Source of the DNA: Macrostomum lignano
Taxonomy: Eukaryota
Assembly: GCA_002269645.1 (NCBI GenBank)
Contig: NIVC01004473.1
Span: 1 to 44,773, forward strand
Direction of reading: 5' to 3'
Length of the DNA: 44,773 bases
Below the pieces are notes generated by a model. The model was not told the origin of the DNA. It worked only from the letters and a program-made list of their open reading frames with translations, and searched no databases. This document shows positions 35,717-44,773 of the stretch, one piece after another. The translations under genes were made by a program, and so were the position numbers. Each line of letters opens with the position of its first letter. Positions within the stretch are counted from its first letter, which is position 1.

Positions 35717-36714
35717 ACCCGTCGATACCGTGTCGGTGCTGCTTCGATGGCTAAAAAACTTTGCTTCTTTGATAAAAACTACCGCGATGACAGTTGTTAA
35801 AAACTGTCTGTGTTTGCAGGTTTTGCCTGGGTTGTTCCTAAATTGCTTCTGGGTTGATCCTGAGTTGCCAGTTTAGTTTTAAAGTGTTAGTGCACTGGCT
35901 ACATGTCTAAGCGTGTGTAAAATAATTGCGTCAAATGCGCTTATTCTCGCGTAAAGTGGCGTGCGGAAATCACGTAAAAAGTGGCGAAAATTGCGCGTTT
36001 TACGTACCGGTACATGTACGTCGGCTGCGTGCGTTCTATGCGCGAGATCTACGCGTGTAGAACGTAAGTGTTACACGCCAGAGTTCTGGATAGGAGTCTG
36101 GGACGCTTCTTGTCCTTGGTAGCGTTTTCAATCATGCATTAATTGCAGAGAGTTTCTCAATCCGTTTTCTATCAAATTTTCACTTACTTATAACAATATG
36201 TTTCGTCTTTTAACTCGGTCAGAAGTTCCTAACCGCAATATCAAAAAAAATTCTCTGATCAAATTTTTGCACTTTTTCGAGTCAAATATTCAAATGATTT
36301 TTCTAAAAATCTAAGCCCTATACTTATTCACAGATCAATTATTATTGCGATCAAAGAACTCGTAACTGTTTCAATACCTGCATCTTATTCACCATTTTGA
36401 AACTACCTGTCTGAAGCATCAATACATTGATAAGCATTACACTACCCATTGACACGCAAATTGGACAATATATGGTATTGTCCATAAGCGAACGCAGTTT
36501 AATGAGTAATTACTCAGTATATAGCAGATTTTGTGGCGAAAAGAAATTAAATGACAAGCGTACGAACGCTCGTACGCAGTTATCATGCAGAATATTCTTG
36601 TCGTTATAACCAACGGTAGAATAATTTGATTGAGGTCGACATTATATAGGCCACTCCACACCCCAGATGGTTCATTAAGCACTGTCTTTATGTCAATTTG
36701 ACTCGCAATCCTAT

Positions 36715-37020
36715 ACATTCACGTCCTACAATTCAACATCCAAGTCCAGCAATCCAACATCCCCGTCCTGCAATCCAGAACATCCACGCAATCCAACATC
36801 CACGTCCTACAATTCAACACCCACGTTCTACAATCTAACATCCGCGTACTGCAATCCAACATCCACGTCCTGCAATCCAACATCCACGTCCTGAAATCCA
36901 ACATCCACGCGTCCTGCAATCCACAACATCCACGCCATCCAATATCCACGTCCTGCAATCCAACATCCACATCTTACAATCCAATATCCCACGTCTTACA
37001 ATCCAACATCCACATCCACA
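36715..37020. repeat. Degenerate ~21-bp minisatellite
   Basis: CAACATCCACGTCCTGCAATC-like units. Confidence 0.85.
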
Positions 37021-37089
37021 AATTAATGTGATCCCGCACAGAATCGGGCCCAAAACTTTGGCACGTGAGTCAGATCAGATACTCTGTCC

Positions 37090-37400
37090 TCTATGTCACG
37101 CATTTCAAGTACTTCAGATATACATGCCTATCGCTTGTGGCCATCTCCTGCAGACAGCGGCTCGTACCTTCCTGACCAGCGCCAGCCCCAGCTGGTGATG
37201 AGCAGCTCCTATATATTCGAAGACCATATACTGCATGGACGAAAGCCATTCCGGATGTCGTTGGCTGCATTCTAAAGTGCAACACCGCCGCTAACAACTG
37301 ACTGGCGGTGCTTTTTAACCGACAGATTCGGCTCGGTTACCTGCTAAAGCTCGCTTTGGTGCCGCAGAGCACCGTATAGAGGGAGAGTTCTATGCTCGTG
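37090..37400 (+). mobile_element. Possible decayed LINE RT C-terminal fragment
   Basis: VTHFKYFR (FKYLG-like) and RQIRLGYL remnants with stops; weak. Confidence 0.3.
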
Positions 37401-37539
37401 GCTAAAATTCTTTCTTACATATTCTTCTCATCGATATTCACTAAACATGCCTTTGTGATGCTTAGTTTGATTGGTTTGCAAAATATTGGACCTTGGGTCT
37501 TTTGAAACTTTGCACTAGCAATCTGGCCCGCTCAAGGTT

Positions 37540-37636
37540 TGTGTCTCTTCTCTTCTCTCTCCCCTCTCTCTTCTCTACCCTCTCTCCTCTCTCCCCTCTC
37601 TACCCTCTCTCCTCTCTACCTCTTTATTCTCTACCT

Positions 37637-37711
<75 letters not shown>

Positions 37712-37800
37712 TTCTCTCGTCTCTCCCCACTTTCTCCTCTTGTCTTCTTTCTTATCTCTTCTCTCTCATCACTTATCTTCCATTCCTTCTCCTTTCCTCT
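37540..37800. repeat. (CT)n microsatellite and pyrimidine tract
   Basis: Direct reading. Confidence 0.95.
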
Positions 37801-39129
37801 CTCATCTGGCCCGCAGCCATGAGCTGGATTCTTCATCTGGCCCTCGAGATAAAAAAGTTTGTCAACCCCGGTTTATATTTACCTATCATAGATTCACCTG
37901 TCATGGACTTCTCTATCGCGGATTTTCTTGTCTTTGATTAATTTCGGGCTTACTGTAAAAATTTGAACTGATTTTACATTAAATACAGACCGGTGATAAC
38001 ACTTTAACCTGCTCAGTCTCAGATGCGCCATTAACACGGACTCAATCTATTTTCAGCGTCACGTCAAGTGAAAAAAAACTTTTGAGCCCGGCGGGGTCAA
38101 AAATCGCTCAAATCAATGTAATGTACAGTTGGTTCAGACCTGTTTTAAACTATTGTAATAACTAATTACCTCTGCTCGTCTGTTTTTGACCCCATTAACT
38201 AGCCTTCACTCTGCCAGTGTACATCGTAGATGACTGTACTTGCGGCCTCTGCTCTTGAAGCCTTGCCAGGCGTAGTTACAGCTATCTACATACGCACTCC
38301 CGTGGCCCTATAAAGCCTATATAATGAGAGAGTTCTTACCCTAGCGCCAGCGCACGCACAGCAGCAGCCAAATGAATCATCGCTTTCAAAGAGTAGAGTA
38401 TACAAGACTGCGTATTTTCTGCTAGATCCTCCTTGACCCTCTGACAAGGAAATGCCGATTCCAATTCCTCGGCAGTGTCACTGCAAAGTTGGTAAGCAAT
38501 AAAAAATTAATACTGCTGATAATATTATACAGATGTGAAAGTGAAGCAAGTCCTAATATGGCAGAGACCAGACCGGAGGCGAAGAAGCAGAGCAAACTGC
38601 AGGCTCTGTGGGATGGCGTACAGCTTAGGACGATGAGTGGGGCTGAGGGGAAGCTGAGGGGGGGGAGAAATTGAGGGATGCGTCCTCGTCTGTTCCTTGT
38701 CTCTCCCTCCTGTTCTTCCTCTCATCCTTGCGTACATCCCTGACTGGCCCTCCTCTCGCGGGTCCTGGCCCACAAACCAATAGTTATAATTAGACGGCGA
38801 ATGTTGGGGCAAGAAATTTGTGCCTCTTTCCAAACTAGAAAAAATGGCACCCCAGTTCCCACCCCCTCGCGATCGATAGCAAGGGCTTCCCTTCCCTTCC
38901 TGACCCTCAGTACCGCTGTATTCATTGTTGCCTTTTGTGGTGGGACACGGATTAATAACAATTTAACCAACTTTATGTGCAATTTTTGTGTGAAAGTTCT
39001 TCAGCTAGTTTTTTCATTCTGATCTATATGGAGAGCTCGCTCTTTATGAGATTACTCAAAAAGCTCAACATGCGCGCAGTCTTGGCATCACTGGAAAATT
39101 GGTTGTTATAGCTGGTAGACACAGCACTA

Positions 39130-40461
39130 CGAGGGGCATTCAAAAAGTTTTGGCAACTGCATATGCAGATATACTTTGGCTCAAGCAAAACACACTAAAT
39201 TTTAGGGACATTTTTAGTAACATGCCTGAGACCACCATATAAATTTTCAGCTCAATGGCTTCACCCTTTATTGCACAATTCACACTTAACCATACCTACG
39301 TTTCAGCTTCTGACAAATTATGGAAAATATCAGCTCAGAAAACACGCGCTTCTACATCTTCATGCGCGCACAACTTGGAGAAAATGCCACCAAAATCCAT
39401 GCCGACTTAGCACAGGTGATAGGGGATCAAGCTCCATCTTATCGCACCGTTGCGCGATGGATTGAGGCTTTTGGCGCCGGCAGGAGCAGCCTCTGTGACG
39501 ACCCTCGATCGGGGAGGCCGAGCACAGCCGTGACCAAGAGCAACATTGACACTGTGCAATCGCTGGTGGCTGAGGACCCAAACATTTCTGTTGCCATGCT
39601 GAGCCAGACACTTGACATATCTGAGGGCAGCGTTTTCACCATCCTGCATGAGCAGCTGGGGCTCAGGAAGATCACAGCTCGTTGGGTGCCACATCAGCTC
39701 ACTGAGGAGCAGCGCCAGGAGCGGGTTCGCTGCAGTCAGGAGTTCTTGCGATGCTTCGGTTCTGGCGGCACCAAGCGCCTCTCTGACATTGTCACCGGTG
39801 ACGAGAAGTGGTTTTACTACTTCCAGGTGCCCAACAAGAGCCAGAACAAGGTTTGGATTGGCGCAGATGAAGAGCGTCCAACAGTTCTGCAATCAGCATT
39901 TTGCTCACGCAAGCAGATGTTCGTTGTGTTCTTCAGCATCTGTGGCCCAGTAGCTGTTGTCATGGTGCCCAAAGGCCAGAATGTGAACGCCAGCTTCTAT
40001 ACCAGCACTGCCCTGCCAGCTGTCGTTGATTTCGTGCGGCAAAATCAACGCACGCGCTTGGAGTCAGGTCGCATCCACCTTCACCATGACAATGCGTCAA
40101 GCCACACTGCGGCGATGACTTCAGCATTTCTGGAGGAGAACCGGCTGAAAACCGTTCGCCACCCGCCCTACAGCCCGGACTTGGCTCCGTGCGACTTCCG
40201 GGCCTTCCCGAAACTGACCGAGAGGCTGGCTGGGTGCCAATTTCAGAGGCCGCAAGACCTGGCGCGCGCTATCAATTCAGAGTTGAGGGCATTCACTGAA
40301 TCGGAGTACCGCGGCGCCTTTGATTCGTGGCTACGGAGGCATCAGAAGTGCATAGAGCGCGGCAGAGACTACATAGAAGGACTGTAAACCCTTACTTTTA
40401 GAATAATGAGCTTGCACTAGGTTTTAGTAGCCTGTTGCCAAAACTTTTTGAATACCCCTCG
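39130..40461 (+). mobile_element. Full-length mariner (Tc1/mariner DD34D) transposon, 1332 bp
   Basis: 28-bp TIRs CGAGGGG(C/T)ATTCAAAAAGTTTTGGCAAC with one mismatch and TA on both flanks (39128-29, 40462-63). Confidence 0.97.
39320..40387 (+). CDS. Mariner transposase, 355 aa, uninterrupted
   Basis: HTH region, PRSGRP, WVPHQL, TGDEKW, HHDNA and YSPDLAPCD motifs; 34 residues lie between the second and third catalytic D. Confidence 0.96.
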   Translation: MENISSENTRFYIFMRAQLGENATKIHADLAQVIGDQAPSYRTVARWIEAFGAGRSSLCDDPRSGRPSTAVTKSNIDTVQSLVAEDPNISVAMLSQTLDISEGSVFTILHEQLGLRKITARWVPHQLTEEQRQERVRCSQEFLRCFGSGGTKRLSDIVTGDEKWFYYFQVPNKSQNKVWIGADEERPTVLQSAFCSRKQMFVVFFSICGPVAVVMVPKGQNVNASFYTSTALPAVVDFVRQNQRTRLESGRIHLHHDNASSHTAAMTSAFLEENRLKTVRHPPYSPDLAPCDFRAFPKLTERLAGCQFQRPQDLARAINSELRAFTESEYRGAFDSWLRRHQKCIERGRDYIEGL

Positions 40462-40589
40462 TAAGGAACCCACGAAAGACCGCTGCTGGGAAAAAATCAA
40501 GCCGCCAATTCCTATCTTGCTCAAAACATTTTTCAAGGCAATGGGTGAGCAAGGGGCTCGCTCTACTACTACTCCTTGCCGTATGGGGA

Positions 40590-40812
<223 letters not shown>

Positions 40813-40830
40813 GCCAGTCAAACTAACGCA

Positions 40831-41051
40831 TGTAGATACTGCTGAGTGAACCATCAAGTGTATTCACTGTTATGATAAATGCCAAGTCATGTTTGCGAGC
40901 GAGCGAGAAAACTCTTAGACCAAGACACTGGGTAAACACCGATATATATATTTGAGAACTTCACTGTACATAGAAGGGGTGGGGGCCAGTGTACACAGAT
41001 GTACACGAAATTGCGAGAGTAAATATTAGTGCACACAAGCCACACACAACA
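40831..41051 (-). mobile_element. Candidate 3' LTR of the Gypsy element
   Basis: On the minus strand a short purine run GGGAGG precedes TGTTG, and the segment ends in ACA at 40831. The second LTR is outside the window, so it cannot be confirmed. Confidence 0.3.
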
Positions 41052-41296
41052 CCTCCCAACATTAGTTAACGATAATCCTACGAGTTCGAAGTGTAAAAGT
41101 AACGGAACATTAAAATAAGATATTTGTTCTTGCATTGCAAAGTCGCACGAGATAACATTTAAATATTTGTAGCAAAGCAGGAATAAATCAAGGAATATAC
41201 CAACAATAAAGTTTCTCGCATTTATAGTATAGGGGCCAGTACGCCATTACAGTCAATACAGTCAATCGCAACCAATTATCAGTTCACTGGGTTGGT

Positions 41297-44200
41297 TCAC
41301 CACGAGGCCTGGTACCGCTTTGGCTGTTGTACGAGTCGACCTCGCCTGGTTCGGAATCCAGGCTGTTTCGAACCGGAGCACTCCGACTGATCAGGCTGCT
41401 CAGGTGTCGGCTGCACAGGTGCCGGCTGCACAGGTGTCGGCTGCACAGGTGCCGGCTGCACAGGTGTCGGCTGCTCAGGTGGCTGCACAGGTGCCGGCTG
41501 CACAGGTGCCGGCTGCACAGGTGCCGGCTGCTCAGGTGTCGGCTGCACAGGTGCCGGCTGCACAGGTGTCGGCTGCACAGGTGCCGGCTGCTCAGGTGCC
41601 GGCTGCTCAGGTGCCGGCTGCACAGGTGCCGGCTGCACAGGTGCCGGCTGCTCAGGTGCCGGCTGCACAGGTGCCGGCTGCACAGGTGCCGGCTGCACAG
41701 GTGCCGGCTGCTCAGGTGGCTGCACAGGTGCCGGCTGCACAGGTGCCGGCTGCACAGGTGCCGGCTGCACAGGTGCCGGCTGCACAGGTGCCGGCTGCAC
41801 AGGTGCCGGCTGCTCAGGTGCCGGCTGCACAGGTGCCGGCTGCTCAGGTGCCGGCTGCACAGGTGCCGGCTGCACATCCGCTTCCATCTCGCCATCCTCG
41901 CCGGCCTCCGGGTAGCTCTCTTGGAACGGAACGCCAATCTGACGAGGCCGGATGAACCGCCGATTACGCCAGAGCAGCTGTCCCGACTCGGTGCAAAGCC
42001 AGTAGGACCTTGGGCTGCCGTCAACTTCGTTGTCTAGCTCGGCAGCCGCCCAATCTCGACGACCGCATTGAAGCCAGACCGGTTCGCCGACCTTCAAGCG
42101 TTGCAGTGCGCGGGCACCGCGATTGTAGAGTTGAGCTGCTTGGGTCCGTTGCTTCTCGAAGGCTTCAATGCTGGCGTGCACGTGGGTCTCCCGAGGCCGC
42201 AGATCCTGCACCGCTGTAGGCAAATCGCACCGGAGTTTGCGGCCGAACGCCATCTCTGCGGGACTTGGAAAGCCGCAACCGACTGGCGTGTTGCGATAGT
42301 GCAGAAGGGCCATGGCCAGGCTCTGTCTCCTGACACTTCCTCATCATATTCTTGGCTGTCTGCACATATCGCTCTGCTCTGCCGTTCGACTGCGGGTAGG
42401 TTGGACTCGACGTGCGGTGCTCCACTTGAAATATTTTGATGAACTGGCGGAATTCCCCGGCCGAGAACTGCGGACCGTTATCGCTGATGAGCTTCTCAGG
42501 CACACCAAAGTTCTGGAAATGGTCTTGGAGCACCTGCACCACAGCGTTGCTGGTCGTCGAGCGCAGTCGGGTGACGCTCATCCAGTGGCTGTAGGCGTCC
42601 ACGTACACCAGATAGGTTGCACATATCTGAGTACACCGCGGTACTCGAACAGGTCGGTAGAGCAAACTTGAAACGGGAACTCAGGCATATCAACGGTCAT
42701 CAGAGTCTCCTTCGACTGCGCCTTCATGTTCCGCTGACAGGCCTCGCACTGGCTAACAGTCCGCTCGATGCAGTTGCGCATTCCTGGCCAGTAGAAGTAG
42801 TCTTTGGCTTTAAGGTCCATCTTGACGATACCAGGGTGTCCAGCGTGCAGGATGCTGAGGATGGAGCTTCTGGCACTGCCAGCTGGAACGTAGATGCGGT
42901 CTTTCAAACACAGCAGTCCTGATACGAGAGTCAGATCGAAAATAGTCTACAGCCAACACTTGTCCATCTAAAGCTTCCTCCAGCAAAAGTGTCAAGCTGT
43001 CTGTCTGTCCATGAGCTCGGCTCAGCGTGTCGGCAACGTACAACTTCTTTCCTGGGGTGTACCTCACCCGGATGTCGTATGGCTGAAGCTGAAGCAATAG
43101 ACGCTGGATCCGCGGCGTGGTGTCACAGAGCTGCTTCTTAAAGATGGCCTCTAGCGACTTGTGGTCGCTTTGAACATGGACAGTGCGGCCCCAGAGGTAG
43201 CGGTGAAATTTCTTACAGCCGTAGACAATTGCTAGGAGCTCCTTCTCAATTTGAGCATAAGACTGTTGAGCACTTGTCATTGCCGACAACGCAAACTCAA
43301 CCGGACGATCCTCTTGGAGTAGCACAGCCCCTATGCCGCTCTTACTGGCATCTACAGACACAGTGACTGGCTTGGTGACATCGAATGTGACCAACACTCT
43401 GTCTGAGCAGAGCTCAGTGATGATTGCATCGTACGCCTCATCATGCTGATGCGTCCAACTCCAGATAACTTCCTTCTTTAGCAGATGTCTAAGGGGCTCT
43501 GCAGTGGTGGACAGATGTGGACAAAACTTGGCCAGATACGTGACGCAGCCGAGAAATCTGCGAAGCTGCTCCTTCTTTGACGTGAGGCCTTCAACGTCAT
43601 TTGGCCTCGCAATCTCCTTGATTGCTTTGATTTTCATCGGGTCAGCACGCAATCCTTCAGAGCTCAGCACATCTCCCAGGTAGTTGAGTTCTTGGACGCC
43701 AACTCGCTCTTCTGTGGATTCAGCGTCACCTTGGCTCGCTTGCACTGCTCCAGGAGCTCTCGCATTGCCTGATCATGCTCCTCGATAGTCTTGCCCCAAA
43801 CGATGATGTCGTCAAAGAAGTTCTTGGTGTTCTTCACGTGGTTGGTGACGTTCTCTTCCATTCTTTTCTGGAAGGCCCCCGGGATTGACGAGAGACCGTA
43901 CGGCACGCGCTTCCAGCGATATCGGCCAAATGGTGTGTGAAATGTCGTCAGAAAAGAACTTTCGTCGTCGAGTTTCAGCTGATGAAAGCTCTCGTTCGCG
44001 TCGAATGAGCTGAACAGGATGCTCCAGCAGTCGCAGCTCGCACCTCCTCGGCAGTCGGAATTGGATGGTACTCACGAACGATGAACCTATTCAGGTATGT
44101 CTGATCCAGGCACAGCCGCATGGATCCGTCCTTCTCCAGACGATGGCACATATTAGAGACCCATTGTGTCGGCTCATCAACTGGCACAATGGTGCCTTCT

Positions 44201-44773
44201 TTCTCCAGTCTTTCGAGCTCATTTGAGTGGTTGATACGCAGCGAACGGCAACTTGCGAGGAGGCTGCACTTTTGGCGCGGCGTTGTCAGCAAGCCGGATG
44301 GTGTACGGTTGCTCCATGCAGCCAAACCGTTGAATACTTCAGGGTATGTGGCTTTCACCTGAGAGGCTGTGAGTTCTGACACCTGCTGTTTTTGCACTTT
44401 GCTGATGCTGCTGCTCTGGCTCTGCACAGCAAATAGTTTCTTGACTAACTGAAGCTCCTCAATTGCTGATTTCCAGCCTATAATCGGTGTAGAGCTCTCG
44501 CCGATGACTACAAACTGAAGTTTGACATTCTTACGGCAGGGCGATGACACTGTCAAGTACGTGGTGCCGATCACGTCCAATAGCTGCTTATTGTAGGTGG
44601 TCAGTGTCCAGGACGTAGGCTCAATTGCTGCTGCTGGGCGAGCTGGATCAGATGTCTCAGAGGAATCACATTAACATCCGCCCCAGTGTCTACCTTGAAG
44701 TGCAGCTTTCTTCCGGAGTCCGTGACTGACAGGCAGACCATCATTGACGAGGCATCTGTTTGCAACTTGGGCT
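41297..44773 (-). mobile_element. Ty3/Gypsy LTR retrotransposon pol (protease-RT-RNaseH-integrase), disrupted; continues beyond the window
   Basis: FKVDTGADVN, RLCLD, FFDDIIVWG, VDASKSGIGAVL, YAQIEKELLA, HAGHPG..CEAC, SDNGPQF, PQSNGRAER and terminal TRRGRLVQQPKRY motifs, spread over several frames. Confidence 0.95.
41395..41880 (-). repeat. 15-bp coding repeat (QPAPV/QPAPE), ~32 copies, in the integrase C-terminal tail
   Basis: CAGCCGGCACCTGTG units in frame within the 338-aa ORF. Confidence 0.93.

Noticed and set aside
41284-42037. Several overlapping ORFs (RHLCS, VPAAQ, RCRLH repeats)
   Set aside because: Alternative frames of the stop-free 15-bp repeat in the integrase tail.

Overview
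Eukaryotic, intron-containing, repeat-rich animal genomic DNA. The style resembles the flatworm Macrostomum lignano, but that is inference only. Three multi-exon genes could be reconstructed by hand with phase-consistent GT-AG junctions. (1) + strand 304-8773: a ~1799-aa protein with a split, divergent galectin-like N-terminal domain, a very long acidic region and 20 copies of a 25-aa repeat; the model needs a 1-nt frameshift correction at ~1642. (2) - strand 14267-10090: a CYRI/FAM49 orthologue (330 aa, 4 coding exons). (3) + strand 30050-35716: a lysosomal alpha-mannosidase (GH38, MAN2B1-like, 986 aa, 6 exons). Mobile DNA comprises an intact DD34D mariner, a broken Gypsy pol with a repeat-expanded integrase tail, decayed RTE-like LINE pieces, a probable solo LTR inside a minisatellite, and a putative 8.9-kb CAC...GTG inverted-repeat element that encloses ~11 near-identical 663-bp units. 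Many introns carry their own mini- or microsatellite. No rRNA, tRNA, snRNA or CRISPR array was recognised.
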